Source: Camelus dromedarius (lineage: Eukaryota). Taken from it: 64,000 bases of DNA. Positions within the stretch are counted from its first letter, which is position 1; each line of letters opens with the position of its first letter. The translations under genes and the position numbers were made by a program. The notes beneath the pieces were generated by a model, which was given only the letters and a program-made list of their open reading frames with translations, did no database searches and was not told the DNA's origin. This document shows positions 51,545-63,435 of the stretch, piece by piece. The stretch lies in assembly GCF_036321535.1 (NCBI RefSeq), contig NC_087437.1:35094001-35158000 (forward strand). The letters are read 5' to 3'.

Positions 51545-51800
51545 GTAATAATTGGTACAGTAAAAATATGGTCTTTATCTGTTGGGCATCCTGTATGGGC
51601 TAGGCCATGTACTTGGCATGTTGCATACTTTGTTTAATTTTCACAATATTTCCGTAGCTAGAATCATTCCTATCTTGCAGATTGGGAAAATAGAGGTTTA
51701 GAGAAATTAAGTAACTTCCCCAAATCCTATAGCTCATAAGAAGCACGAGAATCAAAGTTTAATCCCATGTTTTCTGAAGCCAAAGTCCATGCCCTTTTTA
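51545..51800 (-). mobile_element. MIR SINE
   Basis: 'tcttgcagattgggaaaatagaggtttagagaaattaagtaacttcccca'. Confidence 0.65.
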
Positions 51801-52367
51801 CCAGCTTCAATAATCTACTGATCCTTTTGGTTTATGCATTCGCTTAGTGTTTTCCACTCAGATGAATTTATTTTTATATAAATTGAAAGAATACAGAAAT
51901 TATAGTGAAAAGTTCAATTTCATCTTTGTCTCTCAAAACACGTCCCTCCTCAGGAGTTATCACTGTTAACGGTGGGATAGGTCTTCTTCCAGACTCTTTT
52001 TCCCTACATGTTTATAAATTTGCATATTCATAAGCACATATATAGCTATTCTATTGTACATAAATAGGGTCATCTTGTTTATAACTTGCTCAACTCCTTT
52101 TTACTCTGGCCTTTCTCCCCCCTCTTTGGACCCTTCCCTGGCATAATGACTTGAATTATGTTATTATCCTGTGGCTTAAATACATGCAGTTATAAAATTA
52201 GTTATAAAATCCCTTGTGCTTCAAGGTAGTATACAACTATAAAACCCAAATAAATGAGGGACCAACAAAATTTCAAAATAAAAAATTAAATTATCAATGT
52301 TAATATAATACAGTTTAACATAATTAAAATAAAATTATCAGTGGTTTGGTTTAATAATAGGAAGATG

Positions 52368-52540
52368 TTTTATTTTATTTTATTTTATCTTATTTTATTT
52401 TATTTTATTTTTTTCCTGCCTGGTGTATATATATATATTTTAACTGAAGTACAGTTGATTCACTATGTTGTGTGAATTTCTGGTGTACAGAAAAGTGATT
52501 TATTTATATATGTATATATATATATAGATATTCTTTTTCA
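52368..52540 (-). mobile_element. Short LINE-1 3' tail with (TTTTA)n
   Basis: 'gaagtacagttgattcactatgttgtgtgaatttctggtgtacag'; flanking repeat gaagatgt. Confidence 0.8.
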
Positions 52541-52599
52541 GAAGATGTGTATTTTTTACTTGACTTGATCCTGTTGATTTTGAATATGATAGACCATTA

Positions 52600-53502
52600 T
52601 TTATGTCATCATCATTATCATTTTATTATTTTTCCTTTTAAACAGTAAACAACACACTCTCTTTTGATCCTGTGTGGGGTCAGTGTAATAGTGAATGCCC
52701 AAACATACTGAAACATTTGCAAAGGGCCATTTAACAAAAATATTTTCCAAGTCTCTCTACAGTTACATGTTCCAGTAATGGACTTTTTGCAAGCTGATTA
52801 GTACAAAGGGAGACATGTAGAAAGAATCCACTTTTTTCCTGAATGGTACTAACAATTATGCCACTATATATGGAGTGATGTGTATAGTATGACACAATTC
52901 TCCAGAAAATGTTTCCCTCCTCAAACTATTGTTAAGTGACTGCATAGCACAAAATGAGGTAATTCAGCCTCCAGTTGACCTCGGTGCCTCATTTCCATTC
53001 TAAGTATGCCTCAATTCTTTCCTTATTAGGTTGCTCCATTAGAGGATATTACTGCATACTGTCATTTTTATGTTGTTTTAATACATGAAAATGTCTTACA
53101 GTTTTGAGTATCACTGCAAATCTCAAGATTTATCTTTATCATTGGTTAAAATAAAGCACCTAAGTGCAATAGCAGATATAGAATGTTGTCACTTGGATGT
53201 TAGGACATGCCGGCTCAAATGCATTCAGTGATGCCTATTAGCACATAGAAGTTAAATGTTATCCCTTCTAATGATCAATTGATAATAACCTGATTATAAA
53301 CTACGGTGCAAAAATGCGGCACTGGGATTAGCAGCTGTTTGTGGGTGTTGAGTGGTCATCCAGATTGACCCAGAAAATACCTATGTTATTTTTTTCAAGA
53401 GTTTCAATCATATGAGAATGATGATAATAATCTCAAGGTATTTGTGGATACCGCCCCTGCTGCCTCCGTGTAAGTGAGCATTTCCCACTTTGAGAATCAC
53501 TG
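52600..53502 (-). mobile_element. Possible ancient hAT-Charlie remnant
   Basis: Ends in Charlie-like TIR 'cccactttgagaatcactg'; the left boundary and interior are not confidently recognised. Confidence 0.3.
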
Positions 53503-54119
53503 TGCACTAGGTTCTACTTTCCTGCATGGGGTACCAAGGCCATCAGGAAAGCAGTTATCACTCTGCTAGTTTGTACTGTAGCTTGAGGCCCTTTTTTCCT
53601 GTTTCAGGATATACTCAGTTACTATAAGAGGGAAAGACATAACGGTGGTTGTATTGATAGGTAATGGCCTCAGAAATGTAGTATCCATGCCACGCAGGTG
53701 GCATGAGTGCCAGAAATGTGTTTTGTTTCTAGATCATTCCTTGAGATTCAGTATGGGAGTATCTTATTGAAAGGAAAGTGTCCCCTTAAAATGCTTCTTG
53801 TTTACAAAATTACTGAGAGTTAAGAAAGATACAAAAGCTTAATTTTCCCTTTTATCTCTCTCTCCCTCCTTTCCTTCTTTCCCTTTCTCCTCTCCTCCTC
53901 TTCCTTCTCCTACTCATCCTCTTCCTTCTTCTTTTTTTCTGAAAAATATCCTTTAGACTGCCTCTTTTCACTTTGAAGTATAAAACAAAAATATTCTCAA
54001 GTTAATAAAGCTTTTAGGGGCAGAGTTGTTATTAGACTAGGATCTCTAAGACTCCCAAGACTGTGTTCTCCATACTAGACATCTGATATCGTAAATCAAA
54101 ATTATATTTAGAATCATTC

Positions 54120-55130
54120 AGCCTTACAGAATTCCAATTAACAAATATAGAAGAAATGAGGGAAATTTAGAATCACCATTAGGCAAATACCACAGTAATA
54201 ATTGTTGCAGGTAAGAGCCACTGATGGATAAAATAAGTGGGTGAAAATTGAGGTAGAAATGGAATATGAGGAAAATCTCCAAATTATCACCCCCTAGGGA
54301 AAATAGTAACTTGCAATGGTAATTTGCAGTGAAGAAATGCAAAAGGTGCCACAGTAGCCAAGTGGTCGAGGTCAGTGTCTCTGGTATTGAGACATATTAA
54401 TATCATGTACCTCTTGATACGATGTACTGAGAAGGACACAGCATCACTTTTGCTGTAATCTTGCCAAAAAAGGTAAAAACCTCCCTTTAATCATGAGAAA
54501 ATATCTCATAATCCCAAATTGAGGGACATTCTGCAACATACCTGTCCAGGAGGGAAAGGGGATGGGAAGGGATAAATTGGGAGTTCGAGATTTGCAGATA
54601 CTAATTACTATATACAAAATAGATAAACAAAGAACCATATTCAATATCTTGTGTTCAATTTAGCATAAAGAACCATATTCAATATCTTGTAGTAACCTTT
54701 AATGAAAAATATGAAAAGGAGTATATATATGTATGTGTATGACTGAAACATTATACTGTACACCAGAAATTGACACAACATTGTAAACGGACTATACTTC
54801 AATTAAAAAAAAGAAACTATCAATATCATGAATGATAAAATTGCAGGAGACTAAGGGCGCAACCAAATGCAATGTGGGATACTGAGTTGATCCTGGAACA
54901 GCAAAAGGACGATAAGGGAAAGACTAGAGAAATTCAAATAAGATCTGTAGTTCAGTCAATAGTATTGGCTGAATATTGGTGTATTAATTTCCTGGTTTTG
55001 ATCATTGTGCTAAGGTTATACAACATGTTAACATTCAAAGAAGCTGAGTAAAATGTATGGAAACTGCTATTTTCGCAACTTTCTGGCAAGTCTAAAGTTA
55101 TTTCAAAATAGAAAGTTAAAAAAAGTAAAG
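54120..55130 (+). mobile_element. L1MC-type 3'UTR, interrupted by a young L1 tail (about 54549-54815)
   Basis: 'aatcatgagaaaat...cccaaattgagggacattctgcaa', 'aaatgcaatgtgggat...gatcctggaacagcaaaagg'; nested 'gggataaattgggagttcgagatttgcag'. Confidence 0.8.
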
Positions 55131-55529
55131 AAAAAATTACTCAGGACAGAGGTTCTCTCCTCTTGAGAAGGGAAAAAAGTTGGAAATCTTTAGGGCCACC
55201 TTTAGAGGGTCAGGCAAGTTGGCAGGGTAAAGTTCTTTGAGAATATTTGTACATTGTAGTTCGAGTGAGGAGTTGTCTTGATTTTATTTTGTCTTCCCTT
55301 TCCCATTCTCCATCAAAATAGTTTACTTTTCCTTGACAAGTGTGATTAGAAAATTGTGTTGTATTTTAAATGTTATTATAAAATTCTGAGCATACAGTTT
55401 TTCCTGTTAAGAACTCATTTCCAGCTTTACAGGGAGATAAAATGAGTTTGGGTTCCCCCAGTTATCTGTGGTAGTCTGCTTTTAGGGACTGTATCTCATC
55501 TTTTAAATGAGTTACAGTTGTATTTAAAT

Positions 55530-57050
55530 CTGATCAAATTAATCAATCAGCAAATGTCTACTTACTGCTTTCTGAGGACTCAGAACATAGCCATAGTCCT
55601 TAATAAGCTCCACAATCTCTTTGCAGAAACTAAGTGAACATAGAGCAGCCAGGGCAAAACCCTAAATGAAGCCCTGAATGAGCTCATGGTGCAGCATTAA
55701 AGTGCTGTTGGGGAGAGGAGGTTAGGGGGCTGGAATGGCCACACTAAGTTTCTTGCGTAAGAAATTCTTTAACTGTCAGTACATCAAGTTGTGTATCTTA
55801 AACATACACAATTTTTGTGTGTCAAAGATATCTCAATAAAGCTGTTTTCTAAAAAAGAAAGTATTTGATCTCAGTTGAACTGTGGGCACAATTTCATAGA
55901 TGGTGAGGAAGGAAAGGATTCCAGATAGGGAGAGAAGAAGCCACCACTCGAGTGGCCAATGAGAGAATCAGCCTGCCTGGAGTGGGCAGTGCATGTTGAC
56001 CTGAGGCTGAATTAGTAGCCAGCAGTAGGGGAAGAGGAGAGACTGGATTATGGAGATTCCTGAACACTAGGTCAAGGATATTAGAGTACCAGCCTTTTGC
56101 AGATAACAGAGAGCCTTTGCATGTTTGGAAATAGGGAGGCTATTGTAATAATCCAGATAGGACCTGAGGCCTTGCCATGTTTGCACGTTGACAGTGGGGA
56201 TGCAGAATGGATATGACATACAATATCATAGGAAATATTCATGATTTGATGACTGTGAGGAATATGGAGAGGAGTCACAGAGGACTTGAAGATTTTAGGC
56301 TCATGTAGGTGGATGCCATTACCACTGACAGCAGGAAGTTCAGGAGGCAAAGGAATTTAGGGAAAACGGTTATCATTTTGGTGTCAAGTTTGAGATATTG
56401 CAAGAGATTCAAATAAAAGTGTTTTAAAGTGTTTTAATAATAGTTTTATAAACTCATTCATTCATTCAGCAGACGATCACCTGCTTTGTGCCAGAACATG
56501 AGGCTAGGTTCTGGAGATACAAAAACCTATGATATGGGGTTTAAGGGAGTCTGGTAGAGACAGGTATACAGGCTGTGTTTGTAGGGAGACTCAAATGTTT
56601 CTAGGGGCACAAAGGAGGGACAGTTTCCCCAAGGTTTTGGGAATATGGGACTACAGGTCAGGCAAAATATGGAAGATCTGAAAATTTTGGAGTCATTAGC
56701 CAGAAGTGGTAAGTAGTATCCTAGAATGGCTGAGTCCCATTTCAATGAAGGAAAAAGGGCAGACAGTCAAGGTGTGAGTCCTGCTGATACTCTCACTGAG
56801 AGAAGAGGAGAAAGTTGAGTCAGTGACAGAAATGGAGAAAGTACTGGAAAAGCTGCAGGAGAATTTGTAGTGGTGTCACAGACACTGAAGAGAGCGTTTC
56901 AAGGAAGAGAGATTTGACAATTGTTTGGATTTTGAAACAGCTTTGAGGGGATCATTTCAGTGAAGTAGAAAGGGCAGAAGTTGGAGAGTAACTAGAGAGG
57001 AAATAAAAGCATTGAGCACTCATTTGAAAAGTAGGTAATTAAAGAAAGCT
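55530..57050 (-). mobile_element. Degraded L2 fragments
   Basis: 'aatcaatcagcaaatgtctac', 'gggaggctattgtaataatccag', 'cattcattcattcagcag...tgtgccag'. Confidence 0.5.
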
Positions 57051-57138
57051 ACCAAATAGGAAGGTAACCAGAACGGGCACCAAGAGTGAGTGCAATAAAA
57101 TCTTCTCCACTCATTCACTCCACTCAAAAATGTTGATT

Positions 57139-57300
57139 GGGGGTTGGGTACAGCTCAGTGGTAGAGCACATGCTTAGGATGCACAAGGTTCTTGGTTCAG
57201 TCCCCAGTACCTCCATTAAAATAACAAACAAACAAACAAACAAATCTAATTACCTCCATCCCCCCAAGAAATAATTTTTTAAAAAAGAAAAAAAATGTTT
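57139..57300 (+). mobile_element. tRNA-Ala-derived SINE (camelid Vic-1-like)
   Basis: GGGGGTTGGGTACAGCTCAGTGGTAGAGCACATGCTTAGGATGCACAAGGTTCTTGGTTCAGTCCCCAGTACCTCCA, (AAAC)n linker, 'ctaattacctcc', A tail; TSD aatgttgatt at 57129-57138 and 57301-57310. Confidence 0.9.
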
Positions 57301-58124
57301 AATGTTGATTCATTTGCCAGGCACTGGGATGGGTACTTCATATACATTTTCTCTTTCAGTCCTCACAGTTTTTTGAGTGGGTATTATCTCTTCAGCAAAC
57401 ATTTACTGAGGTCTGCTTGGTGCCAGGTGGTATTCCAGGTGATGAGGATACCATAGTGGACAAAAATAGACACGGTTCCTTGCCCTCTTGGACCTTATTT
57501 TCCAAAGGGAGAATTGACATTACATAAATTATGTCACATTATGGAAAATTACAACAAAGAAAGTGTATTACGGGACTAGTGATCATTCAGATAGGGCTGT
57601 GCCCAGATTCACCTTTGTCCTGTGAACAAAAGTTTTGCTAAACAAATTAACGGGGGAAAGGCCATGACATCTTTATGAGAAATAGTCCATTTTGCAGAGA
57701 AGTGTGCAAACGGGTACACTGGGTTTGCTGTGACTTTTAGGGCCACTATGATTGTGGGTACTGATGTTAGATGACTTCGAGTGGAGACTTGTTCTGTTGC
57801 CCTCCTGAATTTTTTAATTCAGCAAAAGTACCTTTTCAAAGTCAAGAATGGTTCCCTAAGAGTGTGCTCCAAAAGGGATGCAGCTGGTGTTTAGCAGTGA
57901 ACCTGGGAAGCTGGATCAGGCTGACCAAATGTCCCTTCCATCCCAACCTCTCAGGGGCAGCCTGGAATTTAGAACTTTCAGACCCTCCTTACTGCGGTGG
58001 GGACCATGGAGTTTCCAGGCAGCATTCCCACTCCAGCCTCTGGAGTTTCTCACTTGGTTTTGACCGCTTCTTTCTATTCTCCTAGCTCCTGATTATTTTC
58101 CTTTTTGTCCAGATCCTGATCTCA

Positions 58125-58565
58125 GGTTTTTTTTTTTTTTCAGGTTTAGCCAATTCCTTTTTTTCATTTTTTATTGAAGTGTAGTTAGTTTGCAATATTG
58201 TGTCAATTTCTGATGTACAGCATGTTTCAGTCATACATATACAAACATATATTTGTTTTCATATTCTTTTTCATTACAGGTTACTACAAAATATTGAATA
58301 TAGTTCTCTGTGCTATACAGAAGGAACTTGCTATTTATCTATTTTATATATAGTATCAATATCTGCAAATCTAGACCTCCCAATTTATCTCTTCCCACCC
58401 TCTTTCCTCCCTGGTAACCCTAAGTTTGTTTCCTATGTCTGTGAGTCTGTTTCTGTTTTGTAAATAAGTTCATCTGTGTCTTTTCTTTTTTTTCTTAGAT
58501 TCTACATATGAGTCATATCATACAGTATTTTTCTTTCTCTTTCTGGCTTACTTCACTTAGAATGG
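58125..58565 (-). mobile_element. Young 5'-truncated LINE-1 3' end
   Basis: 'ttattgaagtgtagttagtttgcaatattgtgtcaatttctgatgtacagc'; flanks ctgatctcag / ctgacctcaa. Confidence 0.88.
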
Positions 58566-59411
58566 TGCTGACCTCAATTTTTAACTCCTGCTCCGTAAAC
58601 TGAAATCACCTCTGACTGGTTTCTTGTTTCTGAGTTGGTTTCCGTCTCTGGAAGAGTCAGGCTCCCACCCTCCTGATAGGTCTCATCATTTTTTCATCAT
58701 CTGGGGGGCAGGCAACTTCAAGTTTCCAGGATATCAGATCGACCTTTGAGCTTGGTTTGAGTGTCCTACTTTGGTAATTAACTCAGAGGCATTCTGGTGT
58801 GGCTTTGAAGAAATGAGAGCAATTGTGTCCTCCTTGCATTTCTTGTCTGAGCTTCTCAGTGCTTGCAGCTCTAATGAGTGAATGTGTCTTACAAGGCTTG
58901 TGTCTTTGTGTGTCTGTGGAAAAAAGTCACCACTAAGGTCACGTTGAAAATTATTCCTTATTACAGTAAATTTGAAAAATGTGACTGTTAAATAAAAGTC
59001 ATGGTCAGCAAACCAGAAATACAAATAGGGTTCCAAAGTGGTCCCTTTTTATTCTCTCTCTGACCAACATGCTTTTCTGTTAGCCCAATCATCCCTAAAC
59101 GAAGTCTCAGAGTATATAAGTGGAACCAATTTTTATTTGTCTGGAACTCACCAAAATGTAGCATCTTTTCCCTCACATCCTCATAGAGTTACTGGCTCAT
59201 TGCCTTTGATTTATTGGAGAGTCTTAAGCTCTTGACTGTAAGAGGAAACTACTTCCCTCACTCTCTTGCCCTGAAATACTTTCTCCTTTCCTAGTCATAT
59301 GAGTTTTATTAAATCTTTCTCTCCCTTTCTAACAACCCAAGGTATCACCTAGAAGTAACATTTTAAGCCTTTCATACATAAAGCAAGTTACCATAATTAT
59401 GACAGGACTGA

Positions 59412-60865
59412 TTTTTTTTTTTTTTTGAGTTTCAGGAAAATTTAATCTGAATCCATTCACTTTATATTTAAGTTCATGAGTCACACCCACATTATGTCCC
59501 TGGTAAAAATTCTGAGCTGCCACAGCAAAAAGCAGAAAGAGGCCACCTCCATAGGATTGTCTGTCTATGGGCCTAGGCTTGCTTTCCAACCCCAAACAGA
59601 AAGGCCTGACTCAGCACCCTCTGGGAAAGTCAGCCTTTGATTCAAAAAGATGTTGTTCAGTGACGGTTATTACATTCCCCAGCCATACCACCAGCCCCCC
59701 AGGAAATCTGAGGAAGGGACACCAGAAGGGTAAGACATTCCTTTCACCAGGAAGATGACTAGCTCCAAGCAAGAGATGGGTCATTTGGTGCCACAGGGGG
59801 AAAGATAATTTAGCCGTTGTGTTCATGGAAGACTTTCAGTGTCACTAGGGCCTGGAGCCAAATGTAATCCCCCCAGGCTGTGGGTGGGATGCAGGGTCAG
59901 CCCACAGGACAGGGTCACAGTCAGTCTGTGGCCTTGGCTAGGCACTCTGTAGTTGAGCTTGGGTCCAAACCAGTCTCCACAGTCACGATGGCCCTGTGCT
60001 GTGAGGGTAGTGTCCATGGGTGGAGGAGCCTGCAGCTCTCTCAAGGCCATGAACGTGACTTCGAAGAGGCAGTGCAAAGAAGCTGCTGTGCTCAGGCTCG
60101 GCCTGTGCTGTTGGGGGCCAAGCGGGACAAGTCGAGCTTGTCGAACTGAGACAGGCCAGGACCTGGGGCTCTTTACTGCAGAGCTTGCACCTGCACCTCA
60201 GCAAGAGTCTCCTCCAGCCACAGAAAGAAAGAAACTGTAAGAGACTAAAAGTAGCTACACCCATGCCCAGTTGGGGCAGTTTTAAACCGTAAGACACTAA
60301 AAGGCCACAAGCCCACTGCCATTCCTGAGATGCTGAGAGCAAAGGTGGGGGTACTGCATATGATCCCTGCACACAGCACCACCAAAGGGCAGGCAGACCA
60401 CCTAAGCTATGGCTCCTGCCCAACCCACCCATCCACCCTTACCCTTGCCCCATTTAAGGATCCAGCCTGCCCTCCTCGGAAAGCGAACAACGGCACCTGT
60501 TCCTCGTGTTTGCTTCCTCGTGCTGCAGCCAGCATGAGTCCCAGTAAAGGCTTGCCTGAATTTCTTGTCTGGTCTCTTAACAATTTCTGTTGATTAAAGA
60601 GTCCAAGGACCGGAGTCTGTCACAGATCTCCTTGGGACTTAGGGCATTGCCCCCAAGGAGGATCAGCCCTTGTGGTACTAGTGTCCAGGCAAAGAGACCT
60701 TCTAGTGGCTGAGGACACTTTCCAGTTCCACCAGGGGTGATTCGCATTTCCTGCTGCTTCCCTCAGCAGTGGCCCAAGGTTTCTTCTCCTCCACTCCCTC
60801 TGCCAGGCACTGCGGCCGGGGACTGCACTTTCCGCTCCAGGGCTGCCATCATAACCCGAGTACTG
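59412..60865 (-). pseudogene. MAD2L1BP: Processed pseudogene of MAD2L1-binding protein (p31comet); lacks the internal coding block and is split by an LTR
   Basis: Minus-strand frames give MAALERKVQSPAAVP (ATG 60849), AEGVEEKKPWATAEGSSRKC...ELESVLSH, LEGLFAWTLVPQGLILLGGNALSPKE, LDLSRLAP, ELQAPPPM...AQGHRDCGDWFGPKLNYRVPSQGHRLTVTLSCG and TAWGDYIWLQALVTLKVFHE, collinear with p31comet as recalled. No introns, several frameshifts, a 3'UTR, ATTAAA, and an A15 tail (T run 59412-59426). Confidence 0.93.
60147..60624 (+). mobile_element. ERV1-type solo LTR inserted in the MAD2L1BP retrocopy
   Basis: TG...CA termini; 4-bp TSD gaac/gatc; TATA-like ATTTAA at 60452 and AGTAAA at 60543; the pseudogene sequence resumes on both sides. 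Confidence 0.88.
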
Positions 60866-61299
60866 AACTTTATTCTTGCAGGCAATTTAATGTTTTCTTT
60901 GAGTTTTAGGGAGGGATAGTCAATTCCGTTTGTAAAAGGATGTATTTTGGGGTCCAAGCAAATATAACCAATTGGTAAGGGAGAATGTTTGTATTAGAGA
61001 ACAGACTGCTCTTAATTGCTGATTTTAATGTGGTTAATTGGTATTTATCCTTTAATAATTCAGTAACTCAGGCATCACTTCATGTAGGAAGCCTTCTCTG
61101 AGTTTCCCCACCCCCATCCAAATAGACTGAGTGAGCAAACCAGGATGCATGCTCATCCTGTATAAAGTTATTTCTAAATCTCAACATGTTTACCACATTG
61201 ATCTCCTGTAATCACACAATCAGTATATGATATAATGAAAAAAAAATATGGTGTAGAGGATAGCTGATATGGATATTCAGAAGAAGGTATCTTTTTATC

Positions 61300-61550
61300 C
61301 ACTGGTTAAATACATTTCCTCTGGAGCAGACTGCCTTGGTTCAAATTCCACTTCTCTCACTGACTGTAACCTTGAGCAAGTCACTTAAACAATCTGTGCC
61401 TCAGCTTTCTGCATCTGTAGAATGGGGATATTAATAGTATCTACCTAACAGGGTTGCTGTGAGGATTAAATGAGTTACATATGCAGAATGCTTACAACAG
61501 TGCCTGACACATAGTATATGCTACCTAAATATTACCAATTATTATTATGG
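61300..61550 (+). mobile_element. MIR SINE
   Basis: 'ggttcaaattcc...gtaaccttgagcaagtcacttaaacaatctgtgcctcagctttctgcatctgtagaatggggata'. Confidence 0.85.
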
Positions 61551-62130
61551 CATGTGGTTGGTCAAGTAGAAGAAGGGGAATTTGAAATAGAGCTAAAGGG
61601 TAAGTGTGCTGGGTAAAGACAGCCATATGCCAGTATGTGGGTACACTCTTTTTTAAGGCTGTAGAGGTTAGCAGTTAAGGTGGTGTAAATAGTTGTTCTC
61701 ATTTTACTTCTACTGGTCTCCATTCACTACATTGGCTTTGGAAAGTAATTCTCTGGTGTTTGGCCCAGTGGAATTTAAACTCCATTTTCCTTCTCCTGCT
61801 CTCATGACGGACACTGATATGTTGATAATGGTATTCATTCCAGTGAGCAGATGCAGCCTCAGAATGCTTCGTGACTTGCCCAAGGTGCCATATAGCTAGC
61901 CAGAGCAAGAAATAAAACTTGGGTTTTTCTATTCTCTGGTTTGTATTTGTCTTTCCATCATATATGACTGGTATTTATTTTCCTAACATATCACTTGGTT
62001 AGCTTAGTTTTTAATTACATTGGTGTAGGTTTTAGATGGTTCAATATATATATATATATATGTATATGTATATAAATATATGTGTGTGTGTGTGTATACG
62101 TATGTGGGTATATATTGTCTAAAGTTCATA

Positions 62131-62549
62131 TATAACAGAAGTAAAACCAATGAATCATTGAAGTAGTAATCAGTAAAAGTTCATTGTGCACACACTTCAG
62201 AGACAGTTTACGAACCAAAAGCACTCAAACCAAACATGGAATGAGGCTCAGGGTACATTGTTATACAGCAATTTTTATAGTAGGAAGGCAGTGACTATTA
62301 TTCATCAAGATTGGCTATGGTATTAGAATTTTCTTAAATAATAGGAAATTGGTTAGTGGCTACCCACATCAGTTTTGGGAAAAGTTTTTTAAGTTTTGCT
62401 AATGATTTTCAGAGGCATAAGTAAGAAATAACCCAGGTAAATTAGTGTTGCAAAATAAGCTAAATTAATCTTTGCTTGTATGATTAAACTGGTTCTGTCT
62501 GCTCAGGAAGTTTTCAAGGTTGGTCTCCATTTGTTTTTGATTTTAACAA
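62131..62549 (-). mobile_element. Old ERV1 solo LTR (MER110-like)
   Basis: Minus strand begins TGTTAAAATCAAAAACAAATGGAGACC...CCTGAGCAGACAGAACCAGTT; lies inside a (TA)/(TG) tract. Confidence 0.6.
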
Positions 62550-63179
62550 TATTGTGTCATATATATGTATGTGTGTATATATATAATGTTATATGTGTGT
62601 GTATGTGTGTGTACATTAAAGACCTATAGCTGCAAGTAATAAAAAACAAAAGGAAACAAGTACAATCATTCATCCAGGTGATGCCCTACAACATTATAGT
62701 GAAATTCACCAGCCTTGCTTGCTCTGCAGCAGGCTGATGGCACTATCTATCTGGCTTAACCAAATTACTGTGACATGATCTTGTACTCAAGTTGCAAATG
62801 AAAAAGCTCCACTAGGCTCATCAGCAGCAGATTGAGTATACTTAAAGCTTCATGCCTATAAGCAAAAATTGTGATATTTTGCTGCTTTTAAATGATGCAT
62901 GATGAAATGATTGAGGACATCATTACGTGAAACGATATCCAGCAGGGAGTGTGATGTTCTTAACGATTTAGCACTTCGAGCTCTTCTGGGAGTGTTAAGT
63001 ACCTTTACTGAAGAACTGCAGGGAAGTGGTGTTTGTTACGATTGAACTGTATCTAGAAAAGCAGTGGAGCCTTGACCATATCAATGACATGTTCAGGGAA
63101 CCTGGCAAATGGGAGAGAGCAAGTGTCCAGCCGTAAGCTGGATCTGAGTGACTTAATTAACATTGCTGAAGCCCTAGTA

Positions 63180-63345
63180 AAGTGGTTCTCAGTCTTGCCT
63201 GAATATTAGAATCAGTCACCTGGGGAGCTTTTAAACTACCATGACTGGGGCCCCCTCCAGGGACTGTGATTTAATTTTTCTGGGTGAGGTCGGACATTGG
63301 TGGTTTTTAAAGCTCCCAGATGATTCTGATGTCTAGCCACAGATG
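63180..63345 (+). mobile_element. MER5A-like hAT-Charlie MITE
   Basis: 'agtggttctcag...ttagaatc..cacctggggagcttttaaa...aaagctcccagatgattctgatg'. Confidence 0.75.
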
Positions 63346-63378
63346 CTCTGTTAGTTTCTGGTGTACAGCAAAGTTCTT

Positions 63379-63435
<57 letters not shown>

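Noticed and set aside
57139..57216. tRNA-Ala gene
   Set aside because: It has a SINE tail, poly(A) and TSD, with a degenerate anticodon arm and B-box; it is a SINE, as is 5085-5219.
59823..60077. Functional MAD2L1BP gene or exon
   Set aside because: Frameshifts, missing N-terminal core, LTR insertion, lost stop codon and a genomic poly(A) indicate a dead retrocopy.
60124..60143. p53 response element / palindrome gggacaagtcgagcttgtcg
   Set aside because: The half-site spacing is off by one, and the sequence is explained as pseudogene codons (DKLDLS).
60855..60875. TSD for the MAD2L1BP retrocopy
   Set aside because: Only a weak ggactga/gtactga similarity, which cannot be separated from residual 5'UTR.
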